A DNA stretch of 52,002 bases, counting the filler, from Catajapyx aquilonaris (Eukaryota), in assembly GCA_000934665.2 (NCBI GenBank). It is 2 parts of 2 records of this genome, joined end to end, with 100 filler letters (N's around TTAATTAATTAA, not from the genome) between each part and the next. Parts side by side here need not be neighbours in the genome. Positions count along the whole stretch, not along the records: positions 1 to 25,952 come from KZ539322.1; positions 26,053 to 52,002 come from JYFJ02005284.1. One strand, written 5' to 3'. The translations under genes were made by a program, and so were the position numbers. The notes under the pieces are model-generated. The model was not told the origin of the DNA. It saw nothing but the letters and a program-made list of their open reading frames with translations, and did not search any database. Positions 24,935 through 37,000 of the stretch are shown here, in pieces; position 1 is the first letter of the stretch, and every line of letters begins with the position of its first letter.

Positions 24935-25952
24935 TCAGCCGCCTAGAATAGTGGAATAAGGACACTGATCAGCGCAACTATCAAATCCTTGTGAATATGT
25001 CATCCGCTTACAAGACATGTGATTAGTGCATCCATCAGGGATGACTGACTCACCAGGATTCGAAAATATGTTGGATAAAAAATGCGGGTAATATTCGGAA
25101 TACTTACACCTTGGGGCGATCAGATATGCGTAAAGGCTACGCTTCAATCTCCATAAGCAATAGGCCCGGACGTCTGCTTATATGCAAATCGTTTCCTTGT
25201 CTGCACGGATAGCCAGTGGTGTATCACACATGGAAGGCCATGGAGAGGTGTGGCTACTGTGGCAGAACTGAGAAGCTTCAAGCGTCCTTCACGGAGCATG
25301 CAGGTGGCGCTAGCAACAAGTGACGGACCTATATTGTCATACCTCAATGACAAGAACTTCATACGAAGACGTATCGCAATATTGCGTCTCAATTATGACT
25401 TGCATTTTGACGAACATTTTCAGTGCCACTTTAATACGATAGAAGCGTGCAACTTAAAATTTTACGTAAATGTATCGGGAATTAGTTGTTTGTAATCAAA
25501 TTAGAGGTACTAAGATTATATTGCGCATTCGTTTTATAAACATGTAAGCTAATTAATATTGGCACACCGGCCGAGAACGTTGACAGGCACATATATATTA
25601 TGTGCTGTATACCAGAAACACAACGCTTCCTATTCACGAAGTAAGGGGGATCATCTGTGAGCCTATAGATCTAAATGACTACTAGTATTAGCAAGAGCTA
25701 ATGGTATTAGGGGGCACGGCAGTGCCCCCGCCAAGTTCTCGCCGCACTGCCGGACCACCTTTACCCGACACAACTCACGTCATTTTGACCCCCTCGAATC
25801 TTCGCACTGGTGAACATACGTGGCATCAAAAATTTTATTTGGGTAGATAAAAATTGATTAAAAATAATGCCCCCTTACTTCCATGTTCATATCTCTTTTC
25901 ATTTCCGACTTACAAAATCCTAAAAACTCCCGAAACGGCCAAAATATGACAC

Positions 25953-26052
25953 NNNNNNNNNNNNNNNNNNNNNNNNNNNNNNNNNNNNNNNNNNNNTTAA
26001 TTAATTAANNNNNNNNNNNNNNNNNNNNNNNNNNNNNNNNNNNNNNNNNNNN
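25953..26052. other. Artificial scaffold linker (44 N + TTAATTAATTAA + 44 N = 100 nt), gap of unknown size
   Basis: A six-frame-stop spacer centred in an exact 100-nt block. Confidence 0.97.
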
Positions 26053-26089
26053 CCCCAAACGACGACGCCTAGATCCGCCACTGATCTAT

Positions 26090-26591
26090 AGGGTCATTCC
26101 CACGTGCCACAAAATCTCGATCTTGAACCACGTTTCTGAGGCGCACAATCAGGATCGTTTGGTGACTGTTTCCACGGGCCACGTACTTTTCGTGATTTTC
26201 GGGGGAGTGGTCTGAAACCACGCCCACCCGCCTGGCGAAAAAATGACTCTCGGTTCGGCTCCCGGACAAAGGCACGGGTGACTCTACAATAGGCCTGGCT
26301 GTAATAGCATGGAAGCATGCTATCTACATTATTACACAGGTCCTGGCTGCCTGCAGAGTGTGGGGGCAGACGGGGCCAAGCAGAGAGCCGCCATGTTGCC
26401 CGGCTAAGACCCGGTCCACAGGGGGGAGTGACGTCAGGATCGCGACTCGAAAGCTGGCAGCCAACTTCCACAAGCTGGTTGCCAGTCACCTTCGTAAACG
26501 CGTTCGGGTGGAGGAAGGGCATGTGGGAACACCCCCATCGCGATTTTCGGGGGTAAGGATCATGATCCCTGTGGCACGTGGGAATGACCCT
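26090..26591. mobile_element. PIF/Harbinger-like MITE, GC- and CpG-rich
   Basis: TIR agggtcattcccacgtgccac ... gtggcacgtgggaatgaccct with 3-bp tat flanks. Confidence 0.8.
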
Positions 26592-27028
26592 TATGACATT
26601 TAAGCTAATGCAGATGCAAGCAAAATTATGAAACACATGGCATTTAGATGCACTGGAATTGTTTACATGGGTCTATTATCAGTAGGGCTGTGCTGAATGA
26701 GAGTAAATCTAGAACAAGCCATTAATTCTTGTCATTTGCTGTTAGTAACTATTACGTTTGAAACAGTTAACATGTGTTAACCACTTGTTCAGGACTTATT
26801 ATCGATCATGCAGTCTAGCCCAAGAAAATTTATTTCAAATGTATTCCATTTCAGAGCTGAGGCACTGGTGGCAAGGCTATAACTATTACATTTTCACATT
26901 ATTGTCAACAGTGAACATGAAATATGACAATTTGAAAAAATGTAAGGAGGGGGGGAATATTGTAAATAACAAAAATTGCAGGCCTTATTTTTGTCATGTT
27001 TCTCATAAGACACGTGCATGTCCTAAAG

Positions 27029-27908
27029 CAGGGTTTCTCAACCGGGATTCCGCAAGAAATAATGATGAATAGGCTTATCATGTGTACATGCTTTTTGAGT
27101 CATTAATTAATATATAATTTTTATGTAATGGTTCCCTGAAACTTCAACATTATTTTAACCCCTTCGGCACCAGATCTAGGTCATGAGATTCGCTTCCGTT
27201 CAACTTGCACATACTCTGAATATACGGACAAGATATTTCACTAATAATAACAGCTATACTTACATGTTCATGTGTACACTATGAATATGCTTGAAACAAT
27301 TATTTTCCACTTCTACAAGTCACAAAATTAATTTCCCAAAAAATCGCCGTAATAACTTGAAATTAAATTACTGCCGCCCAACTGTTAGGCAGATTTAATT
27401 ATGAAATACATTAAAATATTCAGAATAACAACCTTGAGTACTGTGACGAATCAGCTGAAACTGTCATGCTTGCAAGAATTAAATCAATTTTGGTGTTTTC
27501 CAAAGTGAGAGGCAAGCAGCAGTAAGGAGCCTATTAATTTAATTCCCACGAAGTAAGATGATTTCAGCAGATTCGTCATAGCAGGATCCTCAAGGTTGTG
27601 GTTCCGTATATTTTAAAGTATTTCATAATTAAATCTGCCTAACAGTTGCCCAGCAGTAATTTAATTTCGAGTTTTTACAGCAATTTTTTGGAAAATTAAT
27701 TTTGCGACTTCTGGAAGCGGAAAACTTTTCCAAGCATATGCATGGTGTACAGCATGAACGTTCAAGTATAGCTGTTATTATTGGTAAAATATCTTGCCCG
27801 TATCTTCAGAGTACGTGCAAGTTGAACAGAGGCGAATCTCATCGCCTAGATCTGGTAGCAAAGGGCTTTTAAGGGTTCCACAAGGGGGGAAAAGGTTGAG
27901 AAACCCTG
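27029..27908. mobile_element. hAT-like MITE hosting a foldback element
   Basis: TIR cagggtttctcaacc ... ggttgagaaaccctg; degenerate 8-bp TSD tcctaaag/ttctaaac. Confidence 0.75.
27159..27866. mobile_element. piggyBac-like foldback MITE (near end-to-end imperfect palindrome)
   Basis: ttaa|cccctt..caccagatctagg..atgagattcgc pairs with gcgaatctcat..cctagatctggt..aaggg; the arms pair over ~300 bp. Confidence 0.75.
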
Positions 27909-28050
27909 TTCTAAACTATTACAAGCAAATATATTCTGTAACAAAACAGAAAACTTGATATCAGAAGTTAACGAGAAGGAGTGAGAAAGAGATGATTCTA
28001 GAGGATTACCTACAGTACAGTATTTGAACTGGACTGGGATGTCAACTTAC

Positions 28051-31000
28051 AGGAGCCAAAAGGCATGGAAGTGTTTCACTTCATCTACTTCATACATGTA
28101 CAGCACTCTTCCAATGCTGATTGGTACGCTGAGTGTAAAGCCTCTGGCAGAAACGTAGTCACCCACACTTATCTCCGTTCCCTCAAACAGGACAGCACTG
28201 CCAAAAGAGAGAGTCCTCAATCACAAAAGCACAACATGAGCTACAATTAAAATAAATTATTATTTAGGCCATGAAAACAGTTAAAATAGGATCTTAAGTA
28301 GGCAATAAAAATCAAGCAGGTCCTAATTTATTTTCGTTCCTACGCAACAATACAGCCTACTCTTGGCCATGGAATTTTGTAGCACAGTAACAAACTAGCA
28401 GTTGTTCCATATATTTGTTGGTTAAGTGCAGTTATTTGGCAACGCCTGTCTGACAATACATTTTTACACACTGAAAATGACATTTCGATGTCCCATGTAG
28501 TAACTGGATCATGCTGGGAAAATGAAATGTCTTCTAGAGTCAATTCATCTGGCATGCCTACGGCTTATTTGCCCTTCGCAGGTTGAAGCGGGAGGGATAC
28601 CTTGAATGGAAAACCAGCAAAACTCTCGAAATATTACAGAATGACGTCAAAAAGGCGAACATAGGTATTAATAGGCCATTTAGGTCCCAACGGCCAAAAT
28701 ATGCAATTTTAGGTTCCATAAACTATGGTTTTTGAAGTCCTTTTCTTATGAAATGGATAGATATATTGCTTCCAGTGTTCTGCAGCCTACAGAATAAAAA
28801 GTAGGCAAAACTTAGCAATCAGTTCTCTAATTATAACCCTCATAATCTCGAAACACTATGAATACACTGTACTCCTGATTATCCATGAAGTTGAAAATTG
28901 TCCATATACCACCCCCAAAAAATGTAAAAAAGGAAAAGTCAGACAAAATGTCAATATGTCTCACAAAAAATAAACATACTTTTCACATAGGTCAATCTTT
29001 AGATCTGGTATGTTTTATTATTTTTAATACACCTTAGTTAAAGCAGCAGGCACAATGTACAGTAGTGCATTAAAAACCTGTGAATAGCTAATTTTTATGA
29101 TATCTAGGACCATTTTCCAATTATCTGTGTTTTCCAATTATCTGGGCTCACCTGTGTATCAGCAGCATGGACAATATTCTAACTGGGAGTACAGTGTACT
29201 TGAATTCTATGACATGGTTAGCCCTAACCTCAAGCTATATAACAGGTTTGTTTTTTCCTAAGTTTTTTCCCTCAGGCAACCTAAATTTGTAACAAAAGTT
29301 GTCAGATCAAAGAGGGAAATTCAACTTTGTTCAATAGATTCAGCATTTGCAATAATCTGCATTAAATTTTCAAATTCTCAACTTTGCAAATTTTTCCACT
29401 TTAAACTCATGACAGAAGCACAAGAATTGGTAGAAAAACTTTAATTCTTAAAGGACTGATATATTGTGACTGATTTTTGTAGATGCCAATGAAAAAAAAA
29501 TGAATGACATTTTTGTGCCCAAGATGCTGGAAAAAATCTTTTGCACCTGTGTATCTTTATGTATTATTATATTGCAGATAGATTAGCATATGTAATCTTC
29601 AGCCATATGCGCTGGAAAGGAATTTGAAACCCATAATCACTAGCCCAGATTTTTCATATAATAACGACAATTTATGTGTGTCACGCACATTAATAACTTT
29701 CATACTTTATACCAAATGAAGCATTCGCCTTCCAGTGTGCACTTGATAGCAACAATTACAGAATTATGTTATTACTTCTCATGCCATCTCCCTTGCCATG
29801 AATGTAAATGATTGTGGTTCTGCTTGACATTTTACTACTTGGGACTTCATATCCCATAACCAACAATCTTGATAGTAGTACACTACTGGAAAAGAAAGTG
29901 CCTTGTAGGATACAAGCAGATCTAATGCAGATGCAGGCAGAAGCATGAATGAACCAGACAGCTTTTTGTTTTAAAACTCAGCCTCCTGGAAGTGGGTTTC
30001 CAGGTTTACTCATGCACACGTCTACCCTTGCCTGAATTTAACGCTGCTTCAACTCAGTACGACAGCTTTTTCCAGTAATATACTATTACATCCTGAACAG
30101 GCTCCTTTTTAAAAAATGAAAACAGTGCATAAAAAGCAATGGGGAAATTGAAACCAACTTCACCTGAGGCTCAATGAGAACCAGGTCAAGTTAACAAAAT
30201 TCTGAACAATCCATTTCACCACAGTATATTCATAGCAACATCTCACCTGTAGTAAGATCTATCATTTTGAATTTTGATTGGCTCCCCAATCCAACTCATC
30301 TCTCTGAATGGACTGATGGGTAGTGGCAGCTCTGCCTGCTTTGTAGGAGTCTTCTCCTTAGGCTTCTGTTGTGCTGATTCATTGTCATGATCCTCCCCAT
30401 CTGAATCATCAGCCATTTGCACAGCCATGTTCGGGCATCGGCGACTCAAACATGCTTGTTTGCTCCTTCCAGTTCCACTGAACTTGACCATATCCTTGCA
30501 GGCTACACAATTTCCACAATCTCGTTTCTGGCAGTTAAAGCATATTCCACATCGCTTTCGACGAGGGGCCTTGGACACTTTTTCCTCCTGGTTTTCCAGC
30601 TGTCCAATGAATAACATCTCAAAAACTCGATGGACCAAAGGAGTTGTTGTTGACTTGCTCCAGTTTGACTTGGGTCTTGCTGGCATTTGCTGCTGGGCTT
30701 CACGTCTCACTGCACGCCTAGATTATTGCATACAATGAAAATAATTAAATCTCCCAATAACATGAACCAACGAACTTCCTTCAGCCAATTCAGATGGGGG
30801 TTTGACTATTTCATGATTTTGATAACTCAAACACAGAACTAATCCAATATTTAAATCAGGTTTGGAAGCCTCAACATTTTAAAGCCAGAAGAAGTTTATG
30901 TCCAATATCTCCAGAGAATGTCATTTTAACTGAATTCACACTGAGCACTGGAGTCACATCATGTCATAAGGGATGGGGGTGTGGGTGGCAGCAGATCACG

Positions 31001-34000
31001 GCAAGACAATTTAGCAATGGATATCACGCAAAGACAATGAAAATAATCCCAACTGGTTCCATTATTTGAACATTATTTTGCATGAGCAGAACCATTGTTA
31101 ACACTAACAATAATAATTTACGGCCAACCCAAATATCTACTCTTTTGCTTTTTAACAATTTATTTGGTTAAATCAAACAATAGTTGCAATAGTCCCAAAG
31201 TGCAAGGTGCTAGAGCAAGGGAAACTGCCACACTGACTGCACTTCACTACGAGAGTGTGACGGATCTGTCTCACTTCTCCTATTAATATGGACTTCTCAC
31301 TCATAGTGGTGGTGGTGGTGGAAGTGGAATATCGTTAAGAGATTTTCACTTGTATAGCTGAGGTATGCTTACCATGAACCATTCTTAACCATGTCATCAC
31401 AGTAAATATCACTGGCTTCTCCACACTCGAGTTCCTGACTTAGTTACTTGTGGGTCAAAGTTATAGATGAACCCTCACTTGAGAGTTTCAATTATCAGTT
31501 TGTTGATAATCTCCTAGCTCACTTTTAAGGCCCTTTTCACTGGAATCCCATCCAGCATGAATTCTCTTAAGATATCTGAGGTCCAGCTCCACCTCAGCTG
31601 GAAAACAGTTTTCAGCTACATACTGTCTTTTCCAGCCAAGAAGATATTTACTGGCGGCTTTGTAATAAGATCTTACTGTTAGAAACTCAGGTTGAAGTAA
31701 TTTCGCCACTTGTCTTTAAAACCAGCCACAAAAACTACAATGGGGAAGTAGCCTTCATTTTGGAAACTACATAATAAATTCGCCCATAATTTTTAGATTT
31801 TTTTGGCATACTCCGTTTTAAGATATCAGTTTCAGTTCCGGAGTAATTGGGGTTTTTATGAAGGCTGCTGGTGACGTCACTGTCAGCCTAGAAAATGTTG
31901 ACGTCACGCGAAGTGAAATGAACGCAAAAATGGTGTTATAGAACGCGCCCCGTCATTGTCGTAACATGCTTCGCTGTTGTTAGCAACCGTCCCATTCCGT
32001 GAGCAAGATAGCGGCCGGGGCGCGTATTTATTCCAGGTCGCTCAAGCCGCTTTGTACATGGCAGTGATGCCACCAGGTCAGAATTATCTGTCACCCGAAT
32101 TCGGCACATGAAGGCCCCTTTTCTCCACCTCGATGGCCTACAGCCGCCTTGCGAATGCTTTCCGTCGTGTCCGCGGTTAATTCAAAGTCAAATTCCTCAT
32201 ATCTCGCAGTCAACCAGGCATTTGAGTGTACCCTTTCGATTGGCACCACTCTGTTGAGCTGTTTTTCCCGCCAATTTTGAAGGCACTTTTAAATGTGCCG
32301 TAATTTATCGGGTAATGTCATTTTGATGCAACAGAGTGATGGAATGTATGTTTACAGGCATGGGCTAGCTAGTTATGATCAAAAATCCAAAATCCCAGAA
32401 CAAGGCTAGTTCCCCATTGCCTTAGCACAACATTAAATCTAATAACACGACAAGACATTCTTCTGGGTATTCCATTGGACGAGTCAAATTTGCATGCACA
32501 TTTTGGATGATGGACCTCAATCCAAAATGGCTGCAAATTCTACGTGCAGGCTGTGACCACTACAAACGATGGTATCCCAGAGTAGTAATGTGGGATGTTT
32601 GGGACATGTACTATTATTGAAGACATCAGTTGCCAAAGGGCCCTACTCTCAAATGTCTAAAAACCGTTTTATAGCGGATTCCTACTCTAGCAGGCAGGAC
32701 TCACAACCCTGGTGAAGATAAAGGGCTGGGAAGATAAAGTCAACCAGAACTGCCTTAAGGGGGAGATCAAGAGAATTGACACCTTCTTTGAGTTCCAACT
32801 CCTGCCGAAAGAGGAGGCACTCAATGCCACCCTCTCTACATAAAAGAAGGGTCGAGTTTGTGGTTGACCATTCCCTCTAGGCACAATGAAAACACTGAAT
32901 ATTAGGGTTCTCCCAACAGATAGTAATTCTCAAAAGCCCCACGTTAGCGTACAAATCAGTCAAATTTTTGCAAAATTATTATTTGCTGAAAAGCCATAGC
33001 GAAAGATAAAAATCGGCTTCGTAGGTCTGGAGCACCTATATTTTCTGCATTTCTGGGTGCTTGGTATGACATCACTTAAAATTTCATGCTGGTGTAAATT
33101 ACTCCCACATGCAAATGACATTTAAAAATACTATATTAATAATATGGTAAAAGTACCACGAACACGTGTAAGAGTGAGGTCCGTTACACAGAAAGTCTCA
33201 GTTCTGCTGTTGTTAGTTAGCGAGAATTTTATTCCCAAATCCCCCCCTTAAAATTGAACCATAAACTGCAAAACTCTATATGGAGCAATAAAGCATGCAG
33301 CCAGTTTTTTGTCTCTCCTGAAAACGTTCACCTCATGGAGTCTGGCCCTTTGGCTACTGACGTCTTCCATCAAATTTGTCACATCCACCCATCTGTAGGA
33401 AATGCAGCCAATTTGCAAACGGAACGGGCTTGCAACCAGTTTGTACCTCTTAGCAAGAGATGCCTCTGCAACTAGAGCTCATTGAATCATGGTGCAACAT
33501 GTTAATAAATAATTGGTTGGGTAATGCTTTCGCCCTATCAGGGTTTATCGCATGGACCTTTATTTGTTGTGTACATTGGAACCTTTATACGTATCGCCCG
33601 GGCCCACGGGCAGGATGACAGGAGGGGATGTGCAAGTGCAGTGCATCTGACGTGTGGCCATTTTTAGTGAGCTCCCCCGGGTGGTTTAGTCTGTAGGAAA
33701 TACCACCCGAGACAAAGCCAGAGGTGACCGACCTCTGCACGAGATGAAGGGGGTGTCCCCGGGCTGGGATCGAACCCGGGACCTTAACATCCGTGGGCGC
33801 GCACGTTACCGCGGCGCCACTCCGTCTCCCTCATGGTGCAACATGTTGCCACAGCAAAGTAAACAACTGTGAATAATTTCCATTGCATGTCTTGTCCCCA
33901 TGCATTATGAATCCACCCCCTGGTGTACTTATTTGCCAGTGGGGGAGACGGAGTGGCGCCATGGTAACGTGCGCGCCCACGGATGTTAAGGTCCCAGGAT

Positions 34001-37000
34001 CAAATCCCGCCCGGGGACACCCCCTTCATCCCGTGCAGAGTGTGGGTCGTCTCTGGCTTCGTTTCTGGGTGAAATATCCAACAGACAAATCCACCCGGGG
34101 GAGTTCACAAAATGACCTCGTACAGCATTGCACTGCACTTGCACATCCCCTCCTGTCATCCCGCCCGTGGGGACAGGCGATTCGCCAAAAAGTTCCACAT
34201 TGTACCATCTTGAAAAATAAAGGTTATGCTGATGCCCGCAAGGGTGAGCACTAACCCACAATTATTAATTATTATTATACTTATTTGCCAGTACGAGTTA
34301 AGAATATGCCATTATTAGGTGACACCTGTAAGTGACTTGATTAATTCTGACCTTCTTCCTAAAGTGATTCCAGCAAGCTTGACCAGTGACCTCATGCAAC
34401 GGGTAGTAATCAGCTTTCGTTCATTTGCAGTTGCTGACTCATCATAGCTATTGACGTGATCACATATAAATTGTGAATGCCTCAACAAGCTGTCTTCTGT
34501 TATGGTATGCACTCCTCTTGGCGGCACTACTGTCTGAAAGAAAACTTTCCCTTATAAGTAGGGCATGAATGTTGTCAAACAATCAATCCTGCAATAGAGC
34601 CTAGTCAAGTACTATAAGAAGCAGTCTTCCAGTGCAAAAAAAATTAATGCAAGTGACAGTGCTTCTTACACTACACATGCACTTCTGCAAAGTTATACAA
34701 ACCCCCACTGTGGACTGGGAGATGTCACTTCCTTGTCACTACAACAACTCACAGACTGCTCCATTTTGTCTAAAGCAACAGACCCCACAGTCCTTACCTG
34801 GAGTTTGGTAAGAAGGTCCTCATATTCTGCACCTTCGTGATGCTGGACAAATTCAATGACAACTTTGCTCAGGAAGATTTTCTCTAGAACTTGGCTCATA
34901 AATGGGGCATACTCCTCACTAGGCTCCATCAGGTAGTACTCGGCACAACTTGTAGAGAAACCCACGAGGGCTTTTTCACCCCCATCATATCCTGAAATCC
35001 ACCATTCATTGATGGGTCCCACTTCCTTTGCCGCAATTCCACCCTCTATGTTAGGGTTCTCATCCCACACAGGTTTCACGTATCCTGAGAAAAACAGGAA
35101 CACATCCTCCTCGATCAAGCCCGAATCAAATGGAACCAGGTGGCCTTCTTTGTCGTATACACTGAAAAATTGCAAGGTCCAATATTAATCTTTGTGAAAA
35201 CCCATACAAAAGTCCTAAATGGAATCTATTTACCAATTTACTGAGTTTATCAGTTTTTGGTGGACATGTCACCTGTTGTAATATATTATAAAAATTCACT
35301 GTTCCACTCCAGCACAAAAAAGTACAATAAAGAAGCTCCTGTTTTAACACTACAATGGACTTGGTGCAATATTTGCCGGCTGAATAGATAGAATCCAAAC
35401 ACTATTGCCCATGCTTTCCATGTCAAGATCTAAGTTAGACTCTTCCAAGAGGTACAAGCCTATATTCTCTACTCAATCTCAAAAGTCATTTCTCTCTATC
35501 CCCCCCCCNCAACGTGAATTAGCAATATATATTTCCCAGGCCAAAACCTACCTAAAGTTGGTCATTTTATGTGCAGGTTTCTCCTCTACGTCACCTTCCC
35601 CTTGACCTGAAAACATATCCAGACTTGGATGGGTAAGAGCAATAAATTCTTCAACGGCACCATCAGGATGCCCCGCAAATATCTTCAAATCCTGATCATT
35701 CAGTGACTGCTTGCAAAGGGAACACCTCACTGTACGCTGAACTTTTGGCTTGATTTTCACTTGTTGCTTTCGTTGGCGAGATTCACCCAAGCAGATCTTC
35801 TTCACCTGGGTATGCTCAACGTCTGCATCAGTATCCTCTGTCTTCACCTCCGCATCTTTCACTTTGGCATCTGATTCTGTATCTCTAGCCTGCCTCTTTG
35901 GAGTCTTCTTGAAATGGGATTTTATAGTTGCTTGGGTCATCAATTTTTCCTTTGGTGCAACATCCATATCTGTATAAATAAATTACATTAAGAAGATATA
36001 ACTTAACTCTAGTTCTGGACAATGTTTAAAACACACCTAAGGCCCACCATAATATTGCACTCAACAATAAAAGTCAAGTTTCACTCTCAACCTGACATTG
36101 TCAAAATAATAAAATCAGCTGTTTAATTCCTGAAACTAAAAATGCGACCCTAAATGAACCTGTGCCACCAAAGATATGGTCACAATGAGTAAAAGTCACA
36201 AATTTGACAAATCTTCTAAATATCTAAAAATCAATGGAACGTCCTGAAGATGTCAGGTACTGTACATACGAGAAATCCATATTTAGAAATATCAAGAACA
36301 AGGGCTTAGGTCTCATACAAGTATCACCTCTAGGCATAACCTTGGCAAGTACAATGAAACTTCTATAACTGCACAATATACAAGGAACTAGAAAAAAATT
36401 ATTCTGCAGTAGTGTAATTGAAAATATTGCAGTACAAAACTGTACAATGACATTTACCTTTATTCCACACTATTTAATGTTAAGAATTCCATTTACTCAA
36501 TAACTTGATCAATTCCCGTGTCAAGAATGGGTACCCTGCTAATCTCACAACAAGTGTAAAGGAAAGTTTGTCAGTTTCTTTGTTTGTCCATGCCAACGGG
36601 TCTCCCTGGAATCAAACCATGGAAACAGGCCATGCGAAGAACGGGCTTTGTTGATAGTCTATAATAAACCTAAGGTGACATTGATATCACTATTTTTAAA
36701 TAATTTCAGTTATTAACAATGCAAGAATGGGAATTTGATCTCCCATTTCCGTGGTTCAATCTGGATGTCTTGGCCTGCATTTAATCCTAAGGCAAGGGCA
36801 AAACAATAACCTAGCCAACTCAAGCAAAACCTCAATTGGCAAAGACATCAATAATGAACACCACAGTAAATTACTGCCCACAGCTTGAGAGTTACAAAGA
36901 GGTACACATTCAACTTAAGGAGTGTTTACACCCTCACGATATGAGCCTCGATCGCATGATCAGACGCTTTGCGACCAACGAAAGGGGGTTCCCTAGGTCC

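Noticed and set aside
25997..26008. TTAATTAATTAA as a biological motif
   Set aside because: It is centred in an exact 100-nt N block, so it is an assembly linker.
26069..26636. Several overlapping ORFs up to 180 aa
   Set aside because: They coincide with a GC-rich MITE and show no transposase or other motif.
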